In this document: piece by piece, positions 38,363-50,540 of the stretch | Position numbering within the stretch: the first letter of the stretch is position 1 | Layout: every line of letters starts with the position of its first letter | From: Girardia tigrina | Lineage: Eukaryota | Reading direction: 5' to 3' | NCBI GenBank assembly: GCA_001938485.1 | Contig: MQRK01232893.1 | Location: 1-61,654 of the forward strand | Length of the DNA: 61,654 nt | The notes under the pieces: model-generated | Told to the model about the DNA's origin: nothing | What the model saw: the letters and a program-made list of their open reading frames with translations, nothing else | Databases searched by the model: none | Program-made: the position numbers and the translations under genes

Positions 38363-38752
38363 GTTAATGGCCGCAATTGTGTACGCTGGATCTCGTTTGA
38401 TCTCCAAGTTAAGCAAGCAAGGCTGTGTTAGTACTTATATGGGTGACCGATAGGGAAATCGCTAGGTCATTGACTACAGGTCAGGTCAAACTAGCTGTTT
38501 GCTACAGGTATAATGTATACCTGTAATACCTGTCCCATAGTCAAATGGTTGGCGACTAAACCGGCTCCCTCACTCAGAGCAACCTGGGTGAAGAGGGTGT
38601 GTGGACACCTAGCAGGATGGAGCCAACGGCCATCAATATAGTCAATGACCGTAGTTGGGTACTGAGACACTCAAAAATATGCAAAACCAAGCCGTAAATG
38701 CTTGTGCATAATTGAGTGCACCCACGGCCCAACGGTTACGGTACCAAAAAAA
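38363..38752 (+). mobile_element. 5S rRNA-derived SINE (SINE3-like)
   Basis: Head GATCTCGTTTGATCTCCAAGTTAAGCA..GTTAGTACTTATATGGGTGACCG..GGGAA matches the 5S A-box/IE/C-box region. Unique body, then an A7 tail. It interrupts the Gypsy RT FLGHI|VNR motif. Confidence 0.85.
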
Positions 38753-39873
38753 GTGAACAGAGATAGAATCAAGACTGACCCGGAAAAGATAAAATCAATT
38801 ATGGAATTCGAACAGCCAAAATATATAAAGAAATTATGGAGTTTCCTGGGACTATGAAATTACTACAGAATATTTATACAAAATTAGTCGAAATTGACAA
38901 AAAATATTAAAATAAATATGTTGAAGCTCAAAAAATTTGATGCATTGGTCGGAAGTCTACTCGACATCTTTCATATTGTGCTATCTAGATTTTAAAAAAG
39001 AATTTATTTTAGATACGGACGCGTCCTTTGAAACCATACTAGCAGTACTATCATAGAAAAATGCCAAAGGGGAAGAACATTTTGATTGCATACGGATCGA
39101 AATCAGTTTCAAAACACGAGATAGGATATTGAAGCATCAGGAAAGAATTATTAGCTATCTTCAATTTTAAACAACATTTAAGCATCATTTGTATGGTGCC
39201 AGATTCAAGTAACGGACAGACCATAAAACGATCAAGTTTATGAAGACGAAGAAAAAGCCAATCACCCAACAATTTCAGAATTAGATGAGTTTCTTGAGTA
39301 GTCTGGACATGAAATTAGAATATCGAAAAGGTGAATTACACAAAAATGCGGCCACATTGTCTCGAAAGGATTGCATGGTATGTTTGTAATGTCTTATACA
39401 GCACGAGCAAGCTAAAACGGATAAATTCAAGACGTGATTGTTAGTAATAAAATGATGGTCTTCTTTCAGTTCCGCGGCAACAAGATAGTTAGGATATTAG
39501 AGAAATTATTAAAGCAATTGGAGAAGGGAAAGAAACAAGATTTAGGCAAAATGAATGATATATAAAAACAGTGGATAACAAGATATGGATATAAAATTGT
39601 ATTCTATTTTTGCATAAAGCCCTTTGTCACTCCGGGTAAAGAAAACTTACATATTCATGAAAGAAGAATATGATATAGAAGAGCTTAATAAAATAGCAGA
39701 GACAATAATACGGTCATGTAAAATATGTCAAACAGCAAAAACGTACACGGGAAAGACAAAAGAAAAAATAAAGAATATTATAGTATATCGATCAATTGAT
39801 GACATTTACATGGAATTTTGTGGACCGATGTCAATTATTAGCGGAAAAAGTATGTTCTTGGTATAAAAGACAG

Positions 39874-40402
39874 CATTAAGAATATTGAGACAAGTCTCAT
39901 TTGAATTTTTATTACTACACATTTAGAGTCATTACAACTCTAAGAAGATCTTTCATCGTTTGATATCGCTCCAATTGGTTTCGTTATTTCTCTCTTTAAT
40001 CATGATTATTCGAACAATTTTTCTAAATATTTTTACAATACTTAATTTTTAGAAATAATAATTAAAAAATAATTATTTAAAACATTTCTAAATCAAAACA
40101 CAAAATTATAAAAGAATGTTATCAAATTATTGAAATGACTTTAATTTAAATCTTATTAAATTTATTTAAATTTAATTAAATGCTTTCTTTTCTTAAAAAA
40201 TATGAAATTTAATTTAAATTGTTAAATTAAAAAAAATAAAAACTTATTATTTTAATTATGTTTGAATAGTCAATCACTTTAAATTTAAAAAATACCAATT
40301 TCCATCTGGGTGGGAGAATCACCATTCTAAATTCAGCATACTCAAATCAAAATACATCATCACTACATTCACTCATTCAAAAATTTTAAAATATTCCTCA
40401 CA
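39874..40402 (-). repeat. Solo LTR inserted in the Gypsy integrase
   Basis: 5-bp duplication GACAG (39869-73, 40403-07) splits the D-RFSRY integrase motif. The minus strand starts TGTGAGGAATATT. Confidence 0.85.
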
Positions 40403-40957
40403 GACAGGTTTAGTAGATATGTCAGCCTTACATCAGTTATATAATCAAGCTGAGACGACAACAATACAGACGGTAAAACATAAGTGGATATTTCGGTTTG
40501 GAGCACCAGCGTACATTCATGTGGACCATAGAAAAGTATTCGAATCTCGGTTATTTGGAGATTTCGCGAAATCGCGATTGATTAAGATAGCATTTTCGAG
40601 TTCATACTACCATAGTTCGAACGGAATTATAAAGACAATTCAGAACCGTTCGAGATACATTAAACGCAATACTGAAAGAAAGAGAGTAAAATTTGGGTAG
40701 AATTAGTACCGGAAATAGAGTTCAGTATGAACGCGTACAATTTGATATAGTACGGCGGAAATAATTTTTGGAAAACGATTGAACTCTTGATTGCCCCCGA
40801 CATTACGAGTTGGATAACTAGAAGATCATTGATGAAATTAAAAATATTTGAGATGCAAACGCCAATTACAACTACTATAAAACGGGATTTTCAGGTTGGA
40901 GACTGGGTATTAGTGAAAATAGAAAATCGACAGAAAGATTCGGATCGTTATAATAAT

Positions 40958-42890
40958 AGTAGTGGGAAAATTGGGATTCTACATCAATCGATAATTTACC
41001 CCCCATGGGGGTACCCATTTCCATGGCAGCGGCTACTATGGCAACGGTCGTGGTTACCATGGCAGGGGCTACGGTTACCATGTCAACGGTTCCGGTTACC
41101 TTAGCAACGACCACGGTTACCATAGCAACGGAATATTTGAAATATTGATTTTTCAGCACTTTTTCGAACATGTTGATATTGAATCTGACTATTCATATAT
41201 GAGTTTCTATACATGTGTTCAGACAGATTTTCGGTATTTTGTTTTCTTCGACCTCTATACCCTATGAGAGTTCTCCACCACTTTACAATATAATATATAG
41301 CATGTCAATAATCGATTTCTGGTAACTTTTCGGATAATGTTAAAACAGCATCTGGCTATATACATATGGGTTTCTATCCATGTGTTCAAACAGATTTTTC
41401 ATAATTTGCTTTATTCACCCTCTGCTTTACACTATAATACACAAATATCAATAATCGATATGTGTGCGTTTTTTCAAAATTCTAAGATCATATTCCGACT
41501 ATTGATTTATCGGTTTCTATCCATGTGTTCAGACAGAATTTTGATATTTTGCTTGCTTCGCCCTCTATACCCTATGGGCATTCGACACCACTTCACATAT
41601 TATATAAAAAAATATGAGTATATTGCACTTTGCACAATTGTGATTTGCACACTCGCACTAATCCTAGGCAGACTGAACATGTGCAGTATTGATTAGCACA
41701 AGTGTAGTACATGTACAGCACTGTGCAGACGAGTGAAGTATTAATTTTTAGCACTTTTCTTGTAATTTTGGTGTTTTTTTATGTGTTTTCGATGATTTCT
41801 AAGGTGTTTTTCATGATTTTTAAGGTAACGATGATGGTTTCTAAGGTGTTTTTGATTGTTTTTATATATAATATTAAAATAATATTTTATATATAATATG
41901 GTTGATGTCTAGGCTCAGGTACTTTAGCAGATTATATAGATGTTATGTATAATGTCTATGCACGTTTTAAGTATAATAGGAGTTTTATGCATATAGTTTT
42001 TATATATAATAGAAAATGTTATTTATCTTGGTTACGGTAACCAAGGTACTCGTGATTGTTGATGAGGTACATAAGACGATTCATGAGGTATTGTTTGATG
42101 GTAAATAACATACATATATCACATGGCTTTCATATGTATACGAAAAAAATCGATTTTTAAGCACTTTTTGAGAATTGCAGAAATATTCGAAAAAATGAAT
42201 TTTCCAACACTTTTTTGAAAATGTTGATATGGAATCTGAAAGCACGTATATGGATTTCTATTCAAGTACATCAGCATATTTTTAATATTCTGCTTCCTTG
42301 TACCTCTAAAATCGATGTGCATTTTGTGTAAATTTTTACATTATGTTAATTATAGGAAAAAGTAAAAGTAATCAATATATAAAAATTCTAATTGTACATT
42401 AAGTTAGAGAATCAAAATGTGCATCAAACACATGATATCAATTTTCGACACTAGAACTTTAAAAAATTTTTATGTATTGACTTTCGCACATGTGCAACGT
42501 AAAAAGGACTCTGCTAGCACATTAAAAATGTGCGGCACAATGTGCACTATCGATTGTCACTTTGAAAATATCGATTAGCACACTTGTACACTGTTCAGCG
42601 ATCGATTAGCACTTTTTCTACGGTTGTGAAGGAAGGGGTTACGGTTGCTATGGATACGGTTACCTTTACCATGGTTACAACCACCTTGGTTTACTGTATC
42701 CGTTGCTAAGGAAAAAGGTCCCTTGGTTACAGTTGTTAAGGGAACCGAAACCATTGCTAGGATACCGGGATCAAATAAGAAGTGTTTCCAAGTGAACCGG
42801 AACCGTTGCTATGGTAACCAGAACCGTTGCCATGGCAACGGGTACCTCCCGGGGGGTCAATTATCAATTGATGCAGAATCCCCATTCCCC
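40958..42890. mobile_element. Non-autonomous long-TIR element, Polinton/Maverick-like terminus
   Basis: Left end AGTAGTGGGAAAATTGGGATTCTACATCAATCGATAATTTACCCCCC is mirrored by GGGGGGTCAATTATCAATTGATGCAGAATCCCATTCCCC. 21-bp tandem units occur in both arms, with about 150-bp internal repeats. No coding capacity. The right terminal ACTACT and a TSD are not seen. Confidence 0.7.
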
Positions 42891-43365
42891 TTTTTAACCT
42901 TGTGAAATCGTTTATAAAAAACATGATCAGTGCGGGAAGATGCGAAATAAAACGGGTCAAATAGTACTCAGAAATATCGAATGGCTGAAGCCTTTTAAAG
43001 AATGGGAGTGTAAGGATAAATAATTAATTGATATTTATATTATATTTATTATACTTAATATATTACAATAACGAATCCAGAATATTCAAATTAATCTCTT
43101 GAAGTTATTTAAACAATAATTAAAATAAGCTCAGTTGTTATGGAATTCTCTTACAACAGTAATAAAAAAATAAAATTGTTACAGAAGGTTTCAAAAATAA
43201 AGTTTCATGTAAAAGGTTTAAAATATGAAGACTATAAACCATTTATTTGAAAATATTAAAACTTATTTAAAATTTTTTTATAAGTCTATTCATTTTTTCA
43301 ACTAATAGCATTATAAATTAAAATTATATTATTAAAAATTATTATTAAAATTACTTAAAATTAAG

Positions 43366-43446
43366 GTAATATTTTGGAGAAGAGCCAATGTAAATAACTT
43401 ATCAATCGGTTCTTTGGCGATATCTACAGAACCAGCAATAATTCAG
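43366..43446 (+). CDS. GLT1: Glutamate synthase, exon 4
   Basis: VIFWRRANVNNLSIGSLAISTEPAIIQ fits the WR..V....G..A...EP.I.Q motif. AAG acceptor, GT donor, phase 0. Confidence 0.9.
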
Positions 43447-43493
43447 GTTATACTAACTTCAAATTTAGTGTTAATCACGTTATTTATGTTTAG

Positions 43494-43547
43494 ATCTTTA
43501 TTAAATCAAAAGACGATGTCATTGAACCAAAAGTCTTAAAAAGACAG
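43494..43547 (+). CDS. GLT1: Glutamate synthase, exon 5
   Basis: IFIKSKDDVIEPKVLKRQ follows a 47-nt GT-AG intron. Donor GTATTT. Confidence 0.85.
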
Positions 43548-43944
43548 GTATTTTTGATCTATTATAAATACTATTATACTATCTATTAATACTATCTTAT
43601 AAATATCTATCTTAATACTATCTATTATAAATTATTATCATAGTATATTATGAAAATATATCAACATATAAATGTTCCGAAAAAGCATACCTTTATCACC
43701 TCGGCCAGTATAAAGAGTTTAAGATATAGTCCCCAAACAGGATAAAAATGATTTTAATTGATATAATCTATCTAACAATTGGAAAAGTTTATAAAAGTGT
43801 GGAATTGTGTAAATAGGTCATATATCAAATTTATTTTCAAAATAAATCATATAAATTAAAAACAAGTGAATACATAATATTAAAAAACCATAAATAATTA
43901 TTTATCACAATGAGCAGGTGCAAAATAACTAATAAAAAATACTA

Positions 43945-44152
43945 CAGGGTGGCCCAATGGGTACACAGCCTCTAATTTTTGCATATTCTAAATCTACTCG
44001 TCAAGACGAGTATTTTGATATATAACATGTGAGGTGTAAAAATTCCAGAACTTGACCTTTTTGTGCAATAAAGGTCAAATTTTGAAACTCAGAATTTTGT
44101 TATAAAAATGTATTAAAAATATTAGAGGCTGCGTACCCATTGGGCCACCCTG
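43945..44152. mobile_element. Tc1/maT-type MITE (208 bp)
   Basis: TIR CAGGGTGGCCCAATGGGTACACAGCCTCTAAT / ATTAGAGGCTGCGTACCCATTGGGCCACCCTG, TA duplication. Confidence 0.92.
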
Positions 44153-44863
44153 TAAATAAAACTAGGTAGATAAAAGAAATAAAAATTAAGAATATTTCCC
44201 AACAATAAGTATTCCAAAAATATAGAACATTTTCAGCAAAGATATTAAGAAAAAGATAAAGATTTAACAAAAGAATTTTCAAAAAGCAAGTATTTGGACA
44301 AATAAATTTCTTCTTAGTAAATTATAATTTATTTTAATATTTCAACAATTATAGACTGCAATATTAGCTAATCTGGTTGTTGTAAAATGTTTTACTGATA
44401 CATTAACTGATATGTTAACTATAATTGTTAAGAATCTTTGATGTTTTGTACTTGGATGTTGTGTGTTGATTTGAGATTGACTCTCCTACCCCTATTGATG
44501 GTTAATATTTTAATTCTTATAATCTGAAACTAATTTGATTTAAATTTAATTGTAATATTTAAATTTATTTTTATTTAATATCCTAGTAAAATTTTAAATG
44601 ATTATTTTTAGATGTTTTTTAAATATATATATTTTTATATATATTCAATATTTAAAGCTAACATCAGTTTTTCAAGTTTTATTTATCTACAAAAAATGTC
44701 TAATACATTTTATTTAATCAAATTTAATCAAAATTAAATTCATTTATTTTTTTTAATTTTGAGGAACTAATTATTTCATAAATCTCAAATAAAAATAAAT
44801 ATTGTGAATAAATTGAAATAAAATAGGCAATTTGTCAAATACAAAATTTTTAAGCCAATTAAA

Positions 44864-44902
44864 GTTTATTAATTTTGACGGTTTAACCGTCATCGTCAGA
44901 AC
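44864..44902 (-). ncRNA. Minimal hammerhead-ribozyme-like motif (G12>A, probably inactive)
   Basis: Minus strand reads GTT-CTGACGA-T-GACGGT-TAA-ACCGTC-AAAA-TTAATA-AAC: stem I GTT/AAC, core, stem II, palindromic stem III. Confidence 0.6.
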
Positions 44903-44939
44903 AAATGATTTTTCAAACGAAATTTACCTATATAGTGCA

Positions 44940-45480
44940 GTTAATGATTATGCCATCCATACTTAATCACTACATCATTTAAAAACTATCAACAAAAATT
45001 AACGTTCAAATTGCATTCTCTACAACTTTGTTGATTACTGGCAGCCGTTAAACTAATATATCTACTAAATCTATTTATGATTCCTAAGATATATTTCTTT
45101 CCTTTTATAATCGGCATCGGTCCGTAAAAATCAATATAAATGTCATCAAAAATGTTTTATCTTTTAAATGTTTCTTTATCAATTTCGGTCTCTTTCGTCA
45201 ACATATTTAAATTCCGATAGTAGTTTAAATAAATTAACAAACTTATTAAATAAGAATGGTTGGTCAAAATCATTTATCGAAAACTTATCTCATCAAACTT
45301 TCGATAAAATATTAAATGAGTCAATAAATGGTAATAATAAACATCTTAATAATATGATAATAAGGTCCTCACAAAATAAAGTACACAATCATCATACGCA
45401 ATTGATTTTGAAAAATAGTATTCAATTTTTTTAATGATTTTAATTTGCCATCGTTTTTTATATTTCTTTAAAAAAGAATT
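44940..45480 (+). pseudogene. Penelope-like element RT C-terminal fragment
   Basis: FLYQFRSLSSTYLNSDSSLNKLTNLLNKNGWSKSFIENL resembles the PLE 'R...S......E...L...L..NGYP..FI' segment. An inverted hammerhead-like motif is adjacent. Confidence 0.55.
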
Positions 45481-45754
45481 CAGTATTATTATAAAAATTG
45501 AAATTTTTTTAATATTATTATTGGATTAATAATAAATTTTTAAATCACTTCTGTTAATTTTTACTGCATCAATTAACCATTTTGGTAAATGAAAGGTAGC
45601 TTTTCATAACAACAAAATTTGTCATATCAAACGACACGAATATATTCATCGCAATAACAATACCAGAGATAATGATAACATTTAATGAATTATTTTTTTC
45701 ATTAATTATAATTCTTAATGTTTTGTCAATATATTTATAATAAAATATTTGTAG

Positions 45755-45850
45755 GTGTTTATTCTGAGAAAATATGGTGATCGGATAATGCGAGAAGAAA
45801 ACTATCGGTTCTACATTTGCTCGCTGTCTCTACAAACGGTTGTATACAAG
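45755..45850 (+). CDS. GLT1: Glutamate synthase, exon 6
   Basis: VFILRKYGDRIMREENYRFYICSLSLQTVVYK contains the FYICSLS..TVVYK motif. TAG acceptor and GTATAA donor. Confidence 0.95.
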
Positions 45851-46039
45851 GTATAAGTTTATCAACAGTACTTTTGTATAATTGATCCAATCATTAAGAT
45901 ATAAATGGGTGTAAAATTGAGTTGAAAACAATTAGTAATTTGTACGTATAAAGAGTAGAAAATTATGATTAATATAAATTTTATTCTGTTGAGAATTTTT
46001 TATATCATTCATTTTTTTCTATTGTTTACATGTAGTATA

Positions 46040-46399
46040 TTAGTGGAGGCGGTTTTAATTACATAATCCTGAAAATCCATTTATTATAACATTTTTCAGG
46101 TCAATGTTTTGTAAAAATGATTAATTCAATATTTCTACTTGCAGTATACATTAATCAAACAATTCAATTGTAAAGGGTGCCAAATTTACATCATAATTCT
46201 ATTTTTAGTTTTTTTTCTAAGAATTCCAAGAATTGCCATTATCCATGGACTTTACTGCTATACAGCGTACGCAGATAGTGACTTTGCAACCCACACATCG
46301 CATACACGAGTTGAAATTGCTGCAAATGTGGGCTGCTCCCAATCTGCGATGTCCCGTCTGCTAAAACAGTATCAACAGACTGGGAGCAATGCAAATAAA
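46040..46399 (+). pseudogene. Tc1-like transposon 5' fragment (HTH)
   Basis: EIAANVGCSQSAMSRLLKQYQQTGS is a typical Tc1 N-terminal HTH. Confidence 0.65.
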
Positions 46400-46401
46400 T
46401 A

Positions 46402-49400
46402 AAGATCTACTTATAAATTATAAGTAGTTTATATTACTCAAAAAAATTTAAAAATAAATAAAGTCTAGTAAACCGATTTAAAGTCTAAGTAGTAAATCAA
46501 AAATATTTTTTTATATCCATGCTTTAAGCGAGCAGAACTCTGTTGGCCTATAGATTTTTTTAATCTTTTATTGTGTTTATTTTGAAAATATTTTTTAAAT
46601 TAAAATTCCTATAAATTAAACAAAAAAAGCAATAAAAACATTTTAAAATTGAAAAAAAAATCTTTCTCTTGAAGTGATTCGAATGCTCAACTATCACTTT
46701 CACACGAGAAACTAGTAAATCAAAAAAATTTTTCATTTCCATTCTTTATGCAGACAGAACTCTACTTGGCCGACAAAATTTTAATTAAAATATTTTCAAA
46801 AAAGCAAAAAAAAATAATAAATTCTGTGGGCCAAGCAGAGTTCCTTTCGCATAAAGCATAGATATAAAAAAAATTTTTTTGATTTACTAGTTAGACTTTA
46901 AATCGGTTTACTGGACTTTATTTATTTTTCAATGGGAATAAATTATTTTAGAAGATAAATGTATTATTCTAGAAGATAAAATATTATTCTAGAATATAAA
47001 TGAATTAAAGTAGAAGATAATTTTTTGAATTATACCAGCAGATAAATAAATTAAAACTGAAGATTAATGTTTTTGTTTTAAATTTTAAAATTAAAGTTTT
47101 AATTTAAATTTAAAATTAAAAAGGTAAAGATTTAACTAAAAAAGGTAAAATAAATTGTATTACTATTATTTTTAAATATAATTTTAATCAAAAAGCCATG
47201 AACTTAAAAAATTTCAAATTACCGGACCAAGATGATTCCAGTGAAGAATTCATCGAAATCCCAAAGCAACCGAAAACATCTCAGTAAGTAGATAAAAATA
47301 GTGCAAGATCCAACAATAAGCGTGGAAAAAATATAACGTACGAAAAGATAAAAACATTTAGTGATAAACACGATGCTAAAGACTATGCAATGCAAGACAA
47401 TTTATGGGTGAAATTAGATTTACGGGACTGCCAAATTGAAGGAATGAAGCAATTCTACAAATGTAAATTCAAAGCTTCTTGTGGATGCCCAGTCAAAATG
47501 TTCATGTTTTTCACCACGACAAAGAAATTGTACCAGTGTATCGATCAAAGACAAACCACAATTAGCTTGTGAAGCTAAACAATCGTGGAATACTGCATGA
47601 GATAAAAGAAGCGATTGAGGTCATATTTGTGGACTTTCAAAAGCCAGCTCAAATAAAAGAAAAACTGGAAAATAAATTTCCTAATAGACTGCTGCCTAAT
47701 TGGATTCAAATACGCAACTTCACCCAGACAATCAAGAAAAATAAGTGATCCAAAACATGCATTGATTTAGCAGAATTAGATGAATAGTGCAGTGCGAGAA
47801 GCCAAATCCCAGATAACCAATGTTTAGATCATATTTAAGTAAGGCATCAATGTGGCAGTGAAGTGAACCCATCAACAGGTAAAATGGAACCCAAGTTCAA
47901 TATCTGGATAACAAAAAGACGATTGACCTCATTATGCCAAAAAATCAAAACACCTTTGTGCCGATACAACATACAAACTGATTTATCAAGGATATCCAGT
48001 GTTAATGGTTGGATAACAACAACAGATAAAAAGAAAAGCTTTCATCTGTTCGGTATAGCAATTTGCACAAATGAACGCAACCAAGATTTCGAATTCATAT
48101 TCAAATCAATTAAGACATGTGCTAAACAATTTGACAATTTTTATTATGAACCTGACACTTTAATAGCAGATGTCGCAGACGCAACTACCATTGGATTCAA
48201 ATCAACATTTGATGAAAATTCCCTAAAAAAGAGTAATGGTTCCACATGAAAAAGGCGTACGAGGGATCAGACTCACAATCAAAATCACCATTCAAAGCGA
48301 TCGACAAAGACAATAAAGCTCGGTTGCGATACGATATCTCTATTCTACAGCTATTCGAATCTAAAGAGATATTCGACAAAGGATTCCAGTTGTTTAAGAA
48401 AAAGTGGAATGATCTAAAGGACAATACAATTAATCAATTCCTTCAATATTTCGAAAAAAGAGTGGTATACAAAACATTCGGGTTGGTATGAAGGATTTGT
48501 GCCAGGATTAACAAGCAAATATAATGGCATAGAATCAACTAATGGTGTGATAAAGAAAGATGGAACAACTCGCAAGCGTTTATCATTGGCTCGCTTTCTG
48601 GAATTAGTTGAGTATAAAATTGTCAAAGATTGGTCAATCAATAGGAATCCGGAAAACCCAATTAATCCGATTTTGTTTGACGAGGTTCCACCAATTAGTC
48701 ACGAACTGTGGCTTAAAACGTACAACACCACTCAAAGAGAAATGACAGCAGTGATGTCAAAAAACAAAGAGAAGATTTATTACATGGCGTCAGGTCAAAT
48801 TGCTACAAATTTCAAAGCAGATTTAAAAGAATATAGAAGGCTAAAAGATAAACTCAACTGGACTGATTTTGATTCGTTCAAGGACATGCAGTCGCGTTTC
48901 TGGGAACTATGTTTAATGGAAGATAAGGACAATTGGATATTTAGCACATGCAACTGAAGAGAATTCCAAAAAAAATATATCTGCAAACATTTATTACTGG
49001 TTGCCTGCCGTTATGAATATACTTCAATACCATTGAGAGCGCAAAATATGCCAATGGGTCCAAAACAGCAGCGTGGTCACCAGCAGAAATCACATTTTCT
49101 TTGGAAAAAATGCCTGTACCAGTGCCGAAGAAGCGTAATACAAATGAAGTGTTGCCAACTAATAATTTAAAAAAATGTAAAATGTAATTTTTATGGATAA
49201 AATTTGTTATAAAAGTAAATTTAATTAATTAAAACATCTTATCTTTTTTTTGCAATTTATCTGCTGGTTTAGTTTATTTTATTATAAATTAATTCATTTA
49301 TCATTTAATTTAATACTAATTAAATTTATCTTTTGGAATGATTTATTTATCTTCCGAATTAATTCATTTATCTACTGTGTTTATTCATACCCTTTTTCAA

Positions 49401-49450
49401 TTTATGTTTTTAGCATAATATAAACTACTTATAATTTATAAGTAGATCTT
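46402..49450. mobile_element. Foldback/MITE element (about 0.6 kb alone) interrupted by a MULE
   Basis: Perfect terminal inverted repeat TAAAGATCTACTTATAAATTATAAGTAGTTTATATTA at 46400 and 49416-49452. Inner arms 46450-46555 and 46820-46930 are inverted. Confidence 0.85.
46934..49392 (+). mobile_element. Mutator/MULE transposon with SWIM-finger transposase, disrupted
   Basis: 9-bp TSD TTTTTCAAT (46925-33, 49393-401) and GGG..CCC termini. Motifs LIADVADA, WYEGF..YNGIESTNGVIK and TCN*..ICKH. Confidence 0.93.
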
Positions 49451-49889
49451 TATATACGAATATTTTTCAGGAACTTCGATGGCACCGTTTTGTTCCAATT
49501 TAGTGACCTTAAAAAGTTTTTTTTGATCAAATTTTGACATTATCATTTATTGTCATCGAAAATGAGTAAGTGTGCCAAGTTTAGATAAAATTAATTAAGT
49601 AAGATGCTTTCGAAAATAGGTTTCTAAATTAAATAGATAGAAAGAAAGCTTATATAAAGCATGAAAAAAAGGTTAAATGAATTATTCTAAAAAGAATTGT
49701 GATGAATATTTTAATTTATGAATGCTTGTGATATGATAGTTTCAAATTTGAAATTGTTATTCTCCTACCCAATTGTGAACAGTCCCATCTGCCACTATTA
49801 GGCAGGAAAAGATCCTCGTTTTATCCGTAAAATATTGTAGAATCGACATACAGTAACGGTATAGGGTCGAATGACTTCAGATAGATTTG

Positions 49890-50540
49890 TGAATTCATTT
49901 ACCCTTTGTGATACTATGAATTCCGAAATGTAACTCAATATGTTGAGAAATGAAGTTTTTCCAATTATCAAGGCTTAGGAGCATATTGAAGAGTTGATTT
50001 TCATTCAAAATGGGGCACCTCCACACTGTGTTTACATTGTTCGAGAATCGCTGAATGATCAATTTCCTGGAAGATGGATGGATCTTAATAGATTGCACGA
50101 ATGGCCAGTCGTATGTCCTGAATTAACACTCTACGACTTTTTACTCTGGAGTTTTTTTAAAACAGCAAGTCTACTTAACCAAACTAAGAAATTTAGAAGA
50201 ATTCGAAGAGCGATTGCGTGAAGTTGGGGATTTTATTCTGTAAGGGTTTCTCTTGAAATCAGTTAGTGCGATTCCTGGACCAGCCCATACTGTTACCGCA
50301 GACTGATTGTGTCGATTAACGGCACCCGATAATATAAAGTGTACTTCGTCAGACTATACAATTTTGTTTATAATGCCTTTATTCCCAAGTTCCTCGCTCA
50401 GGATATTTCCAGCAAACTTTGAACTATGATTCGAGTCATCTTCTAATAAATAATGTATTATTAATATCAATCAAGGTGTATGCATCTTTATTCCTGCATG
50501 ATTCATCAGGCGCCCCAATGATGTACGCTCAATATTAAGT
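49890..50540. pseudogene. Rearranged rosa/DD41D-type transposase fragments
   Basis: FIQNGAPPH..VRESLNDQFPGRWM..WPVVCPELTLYDFLLW on the plus strand, with N-terminal pieces on the minus strand. Confidence 0.7.

Larger units (their letters stand above)
36117..43200 (+). mobile_element. Decayed Gypsy element (gag-pro-RT-RNaseH-IN-PPT-LTR) with three nested insertions
   Basis: gag at 36127-36678 (CFNC knuckle), LLDTGA protease, MPFG/YLDD RT, DTDAS RNase H and integrase fragments to about 42990. PPT AAAGAATGGGAG is followed by TGTAAGG at about 43008. The LTR right end is approximate. Confidence 0.9.

Noticed and set aside
38363-38480. Functional 5S rRNA gene
   Set aside because: It is diverged, has no oligo-T terminator after the head, continues into a body with an A-tail, and sits inside a retroelement.
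41000-41130. 21-bp periodic repeats as a CRISPR array, or ORFs 40787-41104 and 40875-41171 as proteins
   Set aside because: The units are contiguous with no unique spacers, the context is eukaryotic, and the ORFs are translations of the 7-codon repeat.
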